Notes: a model not told the origin generated them from the letters alone. A stretch of 64,000 nt of DNA from Bdellovibrionales bacterium (GCA_965261545.1 CBDHDF010000002.1:256001-320000), one strand, 5' to 3'. Shown: positions 10,006 through 22,594, counted from the first letter of the stretch. A program made the numbers and translations.

Positions 10006-10214
10006 CTTGACCTAGTTATCGTGTGTTCATAGTGTCTAAACTCTGTACATTAATCAAGAGATACTGCCCAACAGCCGACCTAATTGATACTTTCTATAAA
10101 TTATAGAACAACAGTATATCTCATATTAATAGAGCGCGAGTTGACAGTTATTCCACAATAATATTAGTCGTTTACACAGAATGAACACACGATAATTAGG
10201 TCAGGTTAAAATTT

Positions 10215-12406
10215 TTACTTTTTTTGAAGAGCCTTGATTTCGTCTTCAGCAAGCCCTGTTGCTTCGGACATCTCCAAAGCTTCCTGTCCTTTTAAAATCA
10301 TCTTTAAAGCAATGGCCTTTCTCTCTTCCCTTCGCCCTTTTTCAAGTCCTTCTTCACGCCCCTCTTTACGCCCTTCTTCACGTCCTTTTTCAAGCCCCTC
10401 TTCATGGGCTGTGTCGATCTGTGACAAACGATCTCGACGCTGCTTATCTTCAGCTTCAAGTCGCTCTCGCATAAGTTCGTCTTGAGACAAATTCCACAAA
10501 TTTTTGACGGCTCTTCCCATGTCCCTTCCTTTTTTGGCTAGCTCTTGGCTGGTTTGTTGATCCAACTCATCCGATCTCTTTAAGAAATAGCACCACGCTT
10601 CACGCTGGTCAACAAGGCTGTCTAATCTGCAGAAATTCCCGCCGAGCTTGAAAAAACATTGAAATTCCTCCAAATCTCAGTGTGAGAATTGCACTGCATC
10701 GAATAAGGTAAACCTCCCCGTCTTCGCCATTTAGAGGCGAATGTCCAGACTTTAGTTTAGGGCAAATACGTTAAACTCTTTGGGGCACTTTGAGAAAAAT
10801 GGCTGCTCATGATGTGTCGAAAACATCTGAGGCAGCAATAGGCTTAATCCCATAAGCCATTATGGCGAGGAGTTCCTGCCAATTTTTAAAGTATAGGGTA
10901 TGGAAATACCCCCTCATATGATCCCATAGATAAGATAGTCTCCTCTCTTTTTCTACCGCCTTTTGAAACAATTTACAGGCCAAATGTTGAAGTTGGTCCA
11001 CTAAAAATACCAGCATCATAATCACGGCTAAATTGTTACACAAATTTTGCTTGCCGTGGCCAAAATTGTGCTCAAAGTTGTAACCCAAATTCTTTAACGT
11101 ATTAAATGTTTCATTTTCTATCTTCCAGCGTGCTCTTCCCCCCCCTCATTATTTGCATTATGTTGTCTTCGTTGATCTCAATGTCAGTCACCCAGCTAAA
11201 GTGCTGAACCTTACCGTTTGCTTTCGTCTCTTTGTATTCAATAAAATTCACTCGACAATCAGGATTTGAATCATTGAGTGAAACATCATTTATGAATCGA
11301 AATTCATGTGTCACTCCATTCTCTACCACGGTGAAGTGAGAAACTGTTCCTAAGCTATCTGCTCCATTTACAAACTCAAATAAAACTTTGTGGTCCCCCA
11401 TCTTACAGCCTAAAATATAACTTAATTTTAATTCGTTAAGAAGAGTGATGTGAGGAGCATTGGAAGCCAATCCATCCTCAATAACAATCACTGGAAGGTG
11501 AGGGTGTTCCCTGCGAAAATCTTCAAGGAGTCGTTTGGCTGCATTACGCTCACAATCATTTTTGCTCGATCCATCTGTGTTTGAAATGGGCTCTGGAGCA
11601 ATAGGTATAACCTGTTTCTTATCGGGGTGAACAATCACTCCTGCTAACATTTGATGATAGTAGGTCTTCGTCTCATCACGATGATTCTTTATACAACAAT
11701 TCTCACAATGAATAGTCGAGGAGCTAAAGGCACCTGTTCCATCAATGCTGAGAAGATATTTTCCACCCAAATATGGGTAACCCTCCAAAACCTTCCCTCT
11801 TTGAGCTACGGTAAACAAAGATTTAAAAAAATTTTGAAACTCACGGGTTGGAACAGGATCTAAAATCTCTCGCATAGCCGTATCACTAGGAATTTGGCCT
11901 ATTTGAAACAAATGGTGTAGGTTGTTTTTTGCCACTGGGTCATGGACACGATCACAAAACTGAAGCATGGATGGATCTTTCAAGGCAAACATTGCCACAG
12001 ATGACATAATGGCATCGCTCAGAGGAATCCTATGGGGACGCTGCGATCTTATATCTGGAACTGCAAGAGATTTACTGTGTAGCAGGGAATACATTCCTGA
12101 AGCGGATAGACCTTTTCTAAAATGTTGATGCGACATGACGAACCCTCCTTGGTCTGATGTGCAACAACAAATATTCAAACAGATACTTAGGCAAAAGTCT
12201 ACGAACTCTTTTTGAGGCGAATCTTTTGGAAGCCACTACTGTGGCCTAAACTATTTTTCGACGGGAATTGCTGTCTAATCTGCCAATGAACTTGTTTAAT
12301 TCTACAATGACAAATTGCATACCATCGGTGAGCCTCAAATGAGGGTGTCTATCCTGCCTCATGGTGCATGTGTGGTAATAATCGTTGTCCTTGCGTAGCT
12401 CAGGAA
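10215..12406 (-). pseudogene. Rpn type A copy interrupted by an IS and truncated by a MITE
   Basis: Near-identical to 2534-3100; sequence resumes at 12274 after the IS. Confidence 0.88.
10630..12273 (-). mobile_element. ISNCY/IS4-like DDE element with frameshifted transposase (11111-12178 and 10807-11088)
   Basis: IR cagaaattcccgccga / cagcaattcccgtcga; 9-bp TSD tctaatctg; IDGT, KNDCERNAAKR, EDGL, FEHNFGHG; frameshift at a C/G homopolymer near 11137-11145. Confidence 0.85.
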
Positions 12407-12496
12407 CAATGCCGTTTCTTTAAGCCATTTTGGGTATATGGAAACACGCTCATAGGGGGTTAGGAGTCAAAGAGTGAGATTAAGGAAACGACATTG
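12407..12496. mobile_element. 90-bp MITE with IS4-type IRs (copy 1)
   Basis: caatgccgtttctttaag ... ttaaggaaacgacattg, matching the IRs of the IS4 at 26696 and 35363. Confidence 0.85.
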
Positions 12497-12643
12497 CCTT
12501 AGAATGAGTCCATTTTTTTCTAGGTGCTTGACCACTCTATGGGCTATGCTCACCAAGACATGATCCATTTCACTTTGGGTGTGGGCCTATGGAGTGAAAA
12601 TGAGGTTTGCTTTGCCGCACTTGCAGCGATTGGAGGATACGCC

Positions 12644-14875
12644 TTGGCTACCGACGAACCCACCATCGATCCGCCAGGCATCAGCCGCGACCCAGGCCTG
12701 AACCAGCGCCTCGTTGCCGCCTATGATGCGAAGAGTCATAACTATATCCCGCGCACCCATCTGCTGAACGCGCATGGCCGCGCCACCTACATCAACCGGC
12801 TGATCCTCGAGGCCTCGCCTTACCTGATCCAACACGCCCACAACCCGGTCGACTGGCGCACCTGGGGCCCGGAGGCGCTGGCCGAGGCGGCGGCGCGCGA
12901 CCTTCCCATCTTTCTCTCGGTCGGCTACGCCACCTGCCACTGGTGCCATGTGATGGAGGAGGAAAGCTTTGACAACGAAGCCGTCGCGCAAATCCTGAAT
13001 GCCCATTTCATCACCATCAAGATCGACCGCGAGCAGCGCCCCGATCTCGACCACATTTATATCACCGCGACCCAGCTCCAGCAGGGTCATGCTGGCTGGC
13101 CAAACTCGCTGTTCCTGCTGCCGGACGGACGACCCTTCCATACCGGCACCTATTTCCCCCGTCCGCAATTCATTCAGATCCTGCAGGCGTTGGCACAGGC
13201 CTGGCGCGGCGGCAAGCGGGCCGATATCGAGGGTGTCGCCGGGCAGTTATCTGCCGCCATCGCCCGCTTTGCGCCGTCGGAGATCGCCAGCGCAGCGCCG
13301 CCCGGCCCGGCTGAATTCGCTGCCGCTGTCACCCAGCTTGGCAGCATGAATAACGAGTTAGAGGGAGGCTTTTCCAATACTCAACAGTTCCCGCAGGAAG
13401 GCTTCCTGCTGTATCTCATCGACCACTGGCGCCGCACCGGCGACACCCGGGCGCTGGGCATCGCGTCTCGCAGCCTCGATGCCATCGCCGCCGGTGGCAT
13501 CCACGACCACGCTGGCGGCGGCTTTCACCGCTATACCGTCGATCCGAATTGGCGCACCCCGCATTTCGAAAAGATGTTGTATAATCAGGGCCAGCTTTCT
13601 CGCATCTTCATCGAGGGCTGGGAGGCAACCGGTAATCCCGCCTGGCACCGTGCCGCACAGCGCTGCTTTGCCTATGTGCTGCGCGACCTGATCGACGGTC
13701 AGGGTGCCTTCTACGCCGCCGAGGATGCTGACAGTCGCGATGCCACCGGCGCGCTGGAGGAGGGTGCTTTCTACGTCTGCTCGCCTGCCGAGGCCCAACT
13801 GGCGTTGGGTAAAGATGCGGATTACGCCATCGCAACCCTCGGTCTGACCGAGTCTCCTACACTGGAGGCCGGACCGGTCGCCCATCTCGATCCCACCGAG
13901 ACGACTGATTTCGCTGCTCTCGACCCCCTTCTTGAACGCTTGCGCATCGCCCGCGACGTCCGCGCCCGGCCGCTGCGCGACGACAAGGTGATCGCCGGCT
14001 GGAACGGCCTGATGATCCGTGCGCTGGCCGAGGGTGCGGTGGCGCTCCAGGCGCCAGAATATGCCGATGCCGCCGCCCTTGCCGCGCGAGCATTGTGGTC
14101 TCGGCTATGGACCGGCGACCGGCTGATGCGCCTTTGGGCGGGAGACCGGGCACTGGAAGACGGTGCGTTGGAGGATTATGCGTGGCTTGGCCTCGGCCTG
14201 CTGGCGCTATACGACGCTACCGGCGACACCCTTTGGTGCGACCAGGCGGCAACGCTCGCCACCAGCGCCGTCAACCGTTTCGACGATGGCAAGGGCCGGC
14301 TGAAGATGGCCGCCGCCGACGGTCCCATCGGCCCGGTCTACGACACCGCCGACGGCGCCACCCCGGCTGGCGAAAGCGCCATGCTGGAACTGCTCGCCCA
14401 CCTGTCCCTACGGCTGCCCGATCCGGCATTCCCGGCCCACGCCGAACGGCTGCGCGGCGCCCTGTCCGGCCAACTCAGCCAGACGCCGCTGCTACGCCCG
14501 GATGCACTAGTTTCCAGCCGTATCATCGACGATGGCGAAAGCACGCTGCGCCGCAGCCTGGCCAAGGGCGCCATACGCGCCCACCTTTCCAGCGCCGGAT
14601 CACGGTTGATCCTCGACATCGCCCCCGGTTGGCACCTGAACGCCCATCAACCCGGCCCGGACTGGCTGATCGGCGCCCGCATCGACGGCGCGACGGTCAA
14701 CTGGCCGCCGGGCCAGGCGTTGACGCTGAGTTTCAGCGACCAGCCGGTGCGGGTCTACCAGGGCCAACTAGACCTCACCGTTGATGGCACCGCCGATCTG
14801 ATAACCCTGTACGCGCAAGCCTGCTCGGATTCCGTCTGTCTCGATCCAGTCAGCGCAACATTCCGGTTGCGCTGA
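12644..14875 (+). CDS. Thioredoxin-domain DUF255/YyaL (SPATA20-like) protein, high GC
   Basis: [58 protein letters not shown]-terminal QACSDSVC (DsbD N-terminal-like); RBS ggagga before TTG at 12644. Confidence 0.9.
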   Translation: MATDEPTIDPPGISRDPGLNQRLVAAYDAKSHNYIPRTHLLNAHGRATYINRLILEASPYLIQHAHNPVDWRTWGPEALAEAAARDLPIFLSVGYATCHWCHVMEEESFDNEAVAQILNAHFITIKIDREQRPDLDHIYITATQLQQGHAGWPNSLFLLPDGRPFHTGTYFPRPQFIQILQALAQAWRGGKRADIEGVAGQLSAAIARFAPSEIASAAPPGPAEFAAAVTQLGSMNNELEGGFSNTQQFPQEGFLLYLIDHWRRTGDTRALGIASRSLDAIAAGGIHDHAGGGFHRYTVDPNWRTPHFEKMLYNQGQLSRIFIEGWEATGNPAWHRAAQRCFAYVLRDLIDGQGAFYAAEDADSRDATGALEEGAFYVCSPAEAQLALGKDADYAIATLGLTESPTLEAGPVAHLDPTETTDFAALDPLLERLRIARDVRARPLRDDKVIAGWNGLMIRALAEGAVALQAPEYADAAALAARALWSRLWTGDRLMRLWAGDRALEDGALEDYAWLGLGLLALYDATGDTLWCDQAATLATSAVNRFDDGKGRLKMAAADGPIGPVYDTADGATPAGESAMLELLAHLSLRLPDPAFPAHAERLRGALSGQLSQTPLLRPDALVSSRIIDDGESTLRRSLAKGAIRAHLSSAGSRLILDIAPGWHLNAHQPGPDWLIGARIDGATVNWPPGQALTLSFSDQPVRVYQGQLDLTVDGTADLITLYAQACSDSVCLDPVSATFRLR

Positions 14876-14988
14876 GGGAGGCTGGCATATTTGGCAGGGA
14901 ATAGAAAGGATAAAAGGTCTTTTTTAGAAATCCGCAAGGCATGCAAGGCATATCAGTAAGAACTGCAGAGGCCAGCGAAGACTTCAAT

Positions 14989-15093
14989 AGGATTTTTGGG
15001 CTTCATTGGTGGTTTAGGGTGGTGTTGGGCAAAGTTTGAGGAAAATAAGGCCAGAAAAATATGTTGTTTTATGGTGTTGAGACGTACCTCTCC
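14989..15093 (+). repeat. ~105-bp direct repeat, second copy at ~17185-17289
   Basis: ggatttttgggctt...ttgagacgtacctctcca occurs twice. Confidence 0.75.
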
Positions 15094-15105
15094 ATAGACA
15101 TAGAG

Positions 15106-15195
15106 CAATGCCGTTTCCTTAAGCCATTTTGGGCATATGGAAACACGCTCATAGGGGGTTAGGAGTCAAAGAGTGAGCTTAAGGAAACGGCATTG
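15106..15195. mobile_element. 90-bp MITE with IS4-type IRs (copy 2)
   Basis: caatgccgtttccttaag ... cttaaggaaacggcattg; near-identical to 12407-12496. Confidence 0.88.
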
Positions 15196-15339
15196 ATTCA
15201 GGGGGGCATGAGTTTACAGAGAGAGATTTATATTTTCTCTGGTAAGAAGGAGCAATTTACCTCTTGAACTCTGCTACCCCCCCCCGTATTGGGTCATAAG
15301 TAAACGACACCACACAAAACTAGGTCAGGTTAAAAAATT

Positions 15340-16665
15340 CTACAAAGAATCCTCTTGTAGAAAAAATGTGGGAAAAGACAGCGTCCCCGAATCGTCCATG
15401 GGAGCGTCGTGATAAGTATCTGAACGAAAAAACTCTGATTTTTTCTCTTCGAGTGTGCGATAATGCCTTCTACGCGTAACTTCATTTGTTCCCCGAATTG
15501 CACGGACTCCATCACCACTTAAAAATTGAGCGGTATTTAGTTGGATATCTATGTTGTCTGTAAAATAACTTTTGCTTTTTTCGCTCCATTTTAGGGCCGT
15601 GGAAAATTCTATATTCATGATGTCCTTGTTTGACGTAGTCGTCTTAAGGGACATAAGGGACATTTTGTAGGGGGAACTCACAACACGATCCAAATTAGGA
15701 AAATGAGGTTCGCCCACCTCTGCCCTGCGTAGGGCTTCATCAAAGAAGCGTTTTGCAAAAGAAGGTTGTCCCTCCTCCGAACAACCCACCCGACATGAAT
15801 ACAGCGTAATGGTCTCAACCTGCTTCACTCCCGTTACATCTATTTCACTTACACGACGAATTAAATGACGAAAGAAATCTTCTGGCCCCAAGCTTTCTTG
15901 GCCATCCACACCCATTACAAGTATCCCCTCGGGATTTCCATGAGCAGTGACTACAATGGATTTTAAACGAACATCCTCAGAAAATAGTTTCATTGGTTGG
16001 TTCCCAGTTAGTGGAAGCTCCATAGATACAATTTCTATAGGACTACTTTTACCTTCGACAGGAGGAGCAGTTCGAACCTGATGATTATACCCACTCGCAA
16101 ATGTTATCGTCGCAGAACTTCTCCCCCCATGAAGCCAAAGGACGACATCTTCTGGCTGTCCCCCTGTGGGATCCATAAAATTGCTGGGATTGCTATTGCT
16201 GTAGATATAAGGAGATTCATTGTAGTGAGATGGATCAACACTTGTGAATCGAAGAATATTTGGGTCGTATTCTCTTTGGTAGAAGTGGTAGCTATTGAGT
16301 CCAAAATTTACGGGTTGGCCCGTGTAACGATAGGGCACGGAATCGACATCCCCCATGGCATTCGTTTCTCCATAGGGAGTGTAGTCAAAGCTTCCCAATA
16401 GATTATTGTCTTCTTTGAGGACAATCCTAGTAGAGCGCCTATGGTCTGCAAGTAAATAACGGGTTTCACTGTTGACTACTTGGGCCAAAACCTGGCCTCT
16501 AGGAGCAAAAATATTAAGTACCTGAGTCTGGCCCTGATTAGAAATTTCCACAAGAGGCTGAAGGCCAAGCCCATAAATAGTGGATACAGTTTGAGTCGAT
16601 GCCATTTGAGCTGAGAAGCCATGTGCCCACAAGAAAAAAACAATTAAAAGTTTCAAAAATTTCAA
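15340..16665 (-). CDS. Secreted mini-Rhs protein 2
   Basis: Leader LKFLKLLIVFFLWAHGFSA; Rhs core ending NPSNFMDPTG; VTAHGNPEG...TLYSC; TTG start inferred (ORF track starts at 16785). Confidence 0.8.
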   Translation of the reverse strand: MKFLKLLIVFFLWAHGFSAQMASTQTVSTIYGLGLQPLVEISNQGQTQVLNIFAPRGQVLAQVVNSETRYLLADHRRSTRIVLKEDNNLLGSFDYTPYGETNAMGDVDSVPYRYTGQPVNFGLNSYHFYQREYDPNILRFTSVDPSHYNESPYIYSNSNPSNFMDPTGGQPEDVVLWLHGGRSSATITFASGYNHQVRTAPPVEGKSSPIEIVSMELPLTGNQPMKLFSEDVRLKSIVVTAHGNPEGILVMGVDGQESLGPEDFFRHLIRRVSEIDVTGVKQVETITLYSCRVGCSEEGQPSFAKRFFDEALRRAEVGEPHFPNLDRVVSSPYKMSLMSLKTTTSNKDIMNIEFSTALKWSEKSKSYFTDNIDIQLNTAQFLSGDGVRAIRGTNEVTRRRHYRTLEEKKSEFFRSDTYHDAPMDDSGTLSFPTFFLQEDSL

Positions 16666-17498
16666 TGTAGATTTTCTATTCATATCCATACCCATTACAA
16701 TACCCATACCACCTAGTTCCTGTCCAGAAAGGCCCATTTTTTGTTCTCTGACATATAGTGTAGAAAAAATTTTATATCCAGACAAGTGGACTATGAAAAA
16801 TACGTATGATTATTATGCAATACCCCATGACTTTATGGGTCTATACCCAATGCCGTTTCCTTAAGAAGAATTTCTTGAAATCATTAAATAAATCGAATTG
16901 GGTAGAAGGGCCGGTTACCCGACCCAACCCCCATTACCACCACATCGTGCCCTATTGGCAATGGGCTTAAGGCAATGGGCGGACGACAGTTCTGCTCACT
17001 CAACTATATCAATATCGATCTATTCCCACAGTTTTCTACAAAAAGGGTGAATGTTATCTTCCACTTTATTGACAGTGTCGACCACCACGGTAATGTCTCT
17101 TTCGAGGCTCAATCACTTCAACCTTACGGCTTACGGCCCTTCTTTCTTGCTATCTATCTACGCTTAACTCATATTGTTACCTCAGGATTTTTGGGCTTAA
17201 CTGGTGGTTTAGGGTGGTGTTGGGCAAAGTTTGAGGAAAATAAGGCCAGAAAAATATGTTGTTTTATGGTGTTGAGACGTACCTCTCCAGGAAACATAGA
17301 GGGAGCAGATGATACAGATCTATGCGTCATTCAGGACAGTCAGAAGTTAAGAAAATGAGTCGAAACTCTCACTTTGTGGGGGCCTCTGGGTGGCCATAGA
17401 GAGGTAAACAATTAACTTTCTACAAAATTTCTACAAAAAATGGGAAGATCGATTTGTAGAGTTCTGCCTGTCTGCCTGTCTACGAGAAATGGCCAATA

Positions 17499-17841
17499 CA
17501 AATTCCACAAATTTTTGACGGTTCTTCCCATGTCCCTTCCTTTTTTGGCTAGCTCTTGGCTGGTTTGTTGATCCAACTCATCCGACCTCTTTAAGAAATA
17601 GCACCACGCTTCACGCTGGTCAACAAGGCCGTCTAACTTTCCAATGAACTTGTTCAATTCTACAATGACAAATTGCATACCATCGGTGAGCCTCAAATAG
17701 GGGTGAGTATCCTGCCTCATGCTGCATGTGTGGTAATAATCGTTGTCCTTGCGTAGCTCAGGAAGGTTCACAGTACTGAAAACAAGGGAGTAAACAGTTC
17801 TTATTTTCTCGTATTTTTCTCCTTCTTTCACTTGATTGGAG
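17499..17841 (-). pseudogene. Internal fragment of Rpn type A
   Basis: Near-identical to ~2830-3172. Confidence 0.85.
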
Positions 17842-18051
17842 GTATCTATTCAGGGGGGCATGAGTTTACAGAGAGAGATTTATATTTTCTCTGGTAACCT
17901 TCATGGGGGAGCCTTACTTCCCCCCACGCCTTGAATGTTACGTACTGTGTAAGTAAGTACACATAGCTGTAGGGGACGGTAGAATTCAAGACGCAGCGTG
18001 CATATTGAAGAGTCTGTCAAACTCGTAACTCCTCTTCATCCTTTCAGTAGT

Positions 18052-18792
18052 TTATTTATTAGGAACTATAGAGAATATAACAGTAACCGCCGAAGTATAA
18101 GTGGTTTCACCACCTGCTATAGGAACACCTCGTTCTGCTGAATCACCAAAACCATAGCTTGGTCCTCTTGCTTTGTGGCTTGTACCCTCACGGACCTCTA
18201 TAATGGGACCTAGCTTGAATTTCCCCGCGGATGCATATCGTCGAGCTCGTTGGATAGCGTCACCCATGGCTAATTCTTGCGCTTTGTTTTTTAGCTCCAC
18301 CAAGTTTTCGACAATAAAGTGGATTCCCCCAATTTTAGTTACACCAACTTTTACCATGTCATCCAAAATGTTACCAACTTGATCGATAGCACGAACAACA
18401 ATAGTAATAGCATTTGATGTTTCATATCCGAGGAACTCCTCATTACTATTACTATTATTATAACGATATTTTGGTGAAAAACCAATATTTGAAGTCTGGA
18501 TATTGTTTTGCCCTATATCATGATGGTTTTTCAAAGTATCAAACACGCGCTCCATAATTTCGTTGTTCAACTGAATCGACTTACTAGGTGAATCTTCTAG
18601 AGTGATGACTGAAGCTTGAATCCTCACCTTTGTTGGTACCCCACTTACAATACCTTTACCAGAAACGGTTATCGATGGTTGTTCTTCTTCCGTGGCGGCC
18701 TCAGAGGTGACACTCCAGGAATTGATAGAAAAACCCAGAACAAAAGTACATGATATAATAAATAATAATTTACAACTCTTAATATGACTCAT
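18052..18792 (-). CDS. SIMPL (DUF541) domain protein, exported
   Basis: SITVSGKG, IQTSNIGFSPKY, GYETSNAITI, AMGDAIQRARRYA, LGPIIEVRE; N-terminal hydrophobic leader. Confidence 0.88.
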   Translation of the reverse strand: MSHIKSCKLLFIISCTFVLGFSINSWSVTSEAATEEEQPSITVSGKGIVSGVPTKVRIQASVITLEDSPSKSIQLNNEIMERVFDTLKNHHDIGQNNIQTSNIGFSPKYRYNNSNSNEEFLGYETSNAITIVVRAIDQVGNILDDMVKVGVTKIGGIHFIVENLVELKNKAQELAMGDAIQRARRYASAGKFKLGPIIEVREGTSHKARGPSYGFGDSAERGVPIAGGETTYTSAVTVIFSIVPNK

Positions 18793-19380
18793 GATCTTAT
18801 ACTCCTTATTTGTTTTGTTAATTTTTTTGTTAAATTGTTGAATTTTTTATTATTTTCTTACTCCTACATATGGAAATATGCAAACTTGCAAGCTCATGCA
18901 CTTAAGTACTTAATCAAGGTCAAGGTCAAGGTCATTTTATATTTTAATTTTTTTAATGAAAATAGTGCATTACGTCATAGAATCACGTTAAGAATAAGAA
19001 AGAATAAGAAAATAGAGTCATGTAGAAGAGAAGCCTCCTCCCCCAGAAACGCTTAGGAGCCGTTTCAAAATAACTTGAAATAGTTTTGGCTTCACTTTAA
19101 GCTAGTGACACGTCAAATAAAATCAAATATTTGTTTAAAAGCTAATTGAAGCATTGATGACTCCATGATCTAACAACTGGGGTTAAAGTTTTTTCAAAAT
19201 TGACATTGAAGGATCAACATTTCAGGGATCGACATTGAATGTTTCTCCAAAGGGCTCTTTTTCTTCAAGGTGGCTTCTTTATTTGGCTTCCCTTAGGGTC
19301 TTTGGAGCGCTTTTTCCTATTTTGATTTCTCTCTTTCAACTCAATGAGGTTGAGCCTAAAATTTGGTCTCATATGAGGTC

Positions 19381-19760
19381 CTATGTCCTTCCAAGGGCCA
19401 ATGCCATTCGTCTATGAAAAATAAGAGCACTATTTTTATAGGATTTCCTACATCCTTTAATCTCTCTTTCATACCATCTTGACATCCTCTTTCTTTTTGA
19501 GATATTTTTTGTAACAAGATTTTTCATCAGATTCACAAATCCCTCAATTTCCTCAAACCATATCTTTTTCAACCAATCAAAAGACATTTCTTCTAAAAAT
19601 TTAAAATTAACTTTCTTCGTAATGGGAGTATCTGGACTTACCTCGAAACCTCCATTTTCATGAGCTTCTAGGCGGAGCATATTATTAAGAATGAATGAGG
19701 CATACAGCTCTTGTAAGACTCCATTAATACTTTTTGAATGCAAGGATTCCAGGGCGCCAA
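19381..19760 (-). pseudogene. IS4-like transposase C-terminal fragment
   Basis: LESLHSKSINGVLQELYA resembles MEQWHSTSLNGILQELYS of the IS4 in this window. Confidence 0.65.
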
Positions 19761-19812
19761 GAAACGAACGAAGGAGGTGGAACAAGAAAGAACAGTTCGT
19801 ATGTTCTGAAAG

Positions 19813-20155
19813 CAATGCCGTTTCCTTAAGCCACCACACCCCTCTGCCTCTGCGTTAATCTATTTCTTTTAAAAGAACTCCCAGCCCTTTTAAGAGACCT
19901 TTCATAGCTTCTTTTGAAGTGCCTCCTCTTCTCCATTGAAATCTTCATGAGAGACTTTACCTGCTTCCTAAATTTCTGATAGAGCTCCGCAACAAAAAGA
20001 GGGATTCTATCCATTATGAAATCAAGAATCAGTTTAAAGTTAGGTTTTTTGTAGTCACTTTTCACCAACTGATTCACACTGTCTTCATCCTCATTTATGC
20101 TCATTTGAATCTTTGTATAATTGAAGAGTCAAAAATAAGAATACAGCTCTTGCAA
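19813..20155 (-). mobile_element. Truncated IS4 copy (IR and transposase 3' end)
   Basis: IR caatgccgtttccttaag at 19813; near-identical to 26696-27040. Confidence 0.85.
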
Positions 20156-20281
20156 TCAAATAAACGCGATACATCCCTGTCGTTTGCGCCTCAAAATAGT
20201 AGTAAGACGAGGGCAGGGATGTAATCAGCAAAGCTGATTTCTCTTCTCCTCATCGCCAATTGGAAGGAAGTCATTTTTCGT

Positions 20282-22594
20282 TTACTGAAAAGGCTCCATT
20301 TTGTCCACGGAGTGCCTGAAATAATCCAAAAGCCATTGTTCTTGTCGAATGAGCTTCGTGGGTGTATTTTTCGAGTTAAAAACATATGAAATTTCATCAA
20401 TAATGGCAATGCCTTGGTGGTAGTACACAGGTGACTGGGTCCTTCTATGATTTTTCTTGAGGAGGCGGCCTATTTCTGAAGAGGGGGGTGTCATGTGAAT
20501 ATTATCATTATCTGCCATGGAGTTAAGGTCAACTCTATTCGCTCTATCGCCTCTATCTGTTCTATCGGCTCTATCCGCATCTTTATTTGATTTTTTATGA
20601 GTGAGTGGGGAGGAAGAGTTTGTGGGAGTGAGTCTTATTGTGTGAGGTGAAACAAGAGAGCTTCCCAGCCATTCTTCTGGTTCTTCCAATCCAAGTATAT
20701 AAGTCACGGTGGGGGCAATATCTAAATGAGAGGATGCATTGAGGTAAGTTCCTTTCATAAAATGTAGCTTTCTTAGCCAGTGGGAATTTTTCTTATTGGT
20801 TTCAATATTATTGGGACCCATATTATTGGAACCAATATTATTGGAACCAATGCTATTGGGAGCCAATGGGGGAAGGAGAGGAGTTTGAGGCTCCCCGGGC
20901 AAATCTTTGTGATAAATAAGAAGGGGTATGCATTCTCCATGGCAATTCAAGGGAGTCATATTGCCATTATGATCTGAATAAATAAATAAGAATGTGTTTT
21001 CTAAGAGATCATTCTTGGCAAGATCATGGAAAAATATTTTAAGAGCCTGGTCAGCCTCATAGATCGATGCTATATAATTAAAGAGACCCTGGTCCTGTCT
21101 TGTTATTTCTTTGTCTTTGTGAGAAAATTCCCTAGATCCATTTAAAAAATATTCTTTGGCTTTCAAGCTATAGTTTTTAAAGTTATAGTGGGATTGCACG
21201 GTGATTAAATAAGAGAAAAAAGGTTTATTTTGATCAAAATCTTTTTTCATATGCTGAACGGATTGTTGGTAAAAAGGAGCATCTAAGGCTCCCATTGTTC
21301 CCATCTGTGGTCCTTGAAAGGACTTTTTACCAAAGTACTTTGCCTCAATGCCGATGCTTTCATGGAGTTGATTGCGTCTAAAGAAATTAATTTCATTGGC
21401 GTGGAAAGAGGCTGTTTGGTAACCTTCTTCTTTGAGAAGATCGACGAGTGTGGAGTAGGATTTTTTGATATTAAAGGGCTTGGCAGGATGTGGGAGGAGG
21501 CTTAGTAAAACACCTCTTTCAGGATCGGAGCTTCCCCCCGAGTCGTGGATGGCATAGAAATTCTCAAAATAAAGGGAGCGCTCTTTTAGCTCTGAGAGAA
21601 AAGGGGCTATGGGTTTGCCATTAAAACTATGGTTGAGAACCCATGTATCGAGAGATTCAAATTGAATAAAAATAAAGTTGGGTTTTGTTGTGTCTTGAAT
21701 AGGCGCAATAGGTGCATGTGTACTGTTTTGCGTCGAAACCTTTTCTTCCCCTATGGGAAGGTCTTTCAACAAAAGGAGAGACAGTTTGCCTGGCATTTTG
21801 TCAGGTTTGGTCTCTACAAATTTCTCTACGATATGCATATCTATATAAGTCTTAAGAAAGCCTTGGCTGACAGCATAGAGAGTGGGGTAGCGATATATCT
21901 CTTTCGTTTGGCTTATGAGAAAATTCTTTGAAAGTATTTGAAAAATAGAGTTTATAGGAGCAATAAGATTCATAAGGACGAAGATAAAACTATAGAGAAC
22001 TATTCTTTTGTACACCATTTTCTTATAAAGTTTTATTTCTTGAAAGTTGGTAAAAAAGAGGAGAGAGGAAGTAAGAACCAACAAAGTCATGCTGATCAAA
22101 TAATAGGGCTCAAAAAAAAGGTCGATGATAACGCTTGGACCTAAGGCCAATACCTCTGCGGCATTCTTGTAGGATCCAAGACTAATAATATTTCCAAACC
22201 ATTGAACATGTCGTGCTGTGACCAGGGTGAAAAGTCCATAGACTCCAAGAAACAAAAAAGAAAGAAGATTTGGAAAGATACGTGGAAAAGAGAATATTCT
22301 CCCCAAAAGTTGCCACCCCCAGACGGGACCGATAATAAATAGACTCACAACAAATAATCCATTGAGAGTAAAGTAGAGGTAAGCAATGTAGTTATCTTTA
22401 GGGGAATATTGATATAGTTGTATGCAAAACATGAAATAATGAATAAATAAAAGAACACAAAAAGCGAGGCCCCGATGGGCGAGGAGAGAGACCAATGAAC
22501 AATTCCATTGTGGATGATGTTGGGAATTTAGTTTCTTATCCGGACGGGAGGGCTTACTTGTTATTATGTCATGATTAATATGAAAGAGCTGCAC
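20282..22594 (-). CDS. LTA synthase/sulfatase-family membrane protein
   Basis: N-terminal TM helices; NFIFIQFES, GGSSDPE, FHAN, TVQSH, YSDH, SHLDIAPT motifs; start uncertain. Confidence 0.85.
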   Translation of the reverse strand: MQLFHINHDIITSKPSRPDKKLNSQHHPQWNCSLVSLLAHRGLAFCVLLFIHYFMFCIQLYQYSPKDNYIAYLYFTLNGLFVVSLFIIGPVWGWQLLGRIFSFPRIFPNLLSFLFLGVYGLFTLVTARHVQWFGNIISLGSYKNAAEVLALGPSVIIDLFFEPYYLISMTLLVLTSSLLFFTNFQEIKLYKKMVYKRIVLYSFIFVLMNLIAPINSIFQILSKNFLISQTKEIYRYPTLYAVSQGFLKTYIDMHIVEKFVETKPDKMPGKLSLLLLKDLPIGEEKVSTQNSTHAPIAPIQDTTKPNFIFIQFESLDTWVLNHSFNGKPIAPFLSELKERSLYFENFYAIHDSGGSSDPERGVLLSLLPHPAKPFNIKKSYSTLVDLLKEEGYQTASFHANEINFFRRNQLHESIGIEAKYFGKKSFQGPQMGTMGALDAPFYQQSVQHMKKDFDQNKPFFSYLITVQSHYNFKNYSLKAKEYFLNGSREFSHKDKEITRQDQGLFNYIASIYEADQALKIFFHDLAKNDLLENTFLFIYSDHNGNMTPLNCHGECIPLLIYHKDLPGEPQTPLLPPLAPNSIGSNNIGSNNMGPNNIETNKKNSHWLRKLHFMKGTYLNASSHLDIAPTVTYILGLEEPEEWLGSSLVSPHTIRLTPTNSSSPLTHKKSNKDADRADRTDRGDRANRVDLNSMADNDNIHMTPPSSEIGRLLKKNHRRTQSPVYYHQGIAIIDEISYVFNSKNTPTKLIRQEQWLLDYFRHSVDKMEPFQ

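Noticed and set aside
12587..14946. Many overlapping and antisense ORFs in the GC-rich segment
   Set aside because: Expected shadow ORFs of a high-GC gene; no recognisable motifs
17842..18052. Short palindromes as integron attC sites
   Set aside because: No consistent RYYYAAC...GTTRRRY pairs after genes and no integron integrase; they fit MITE ends better
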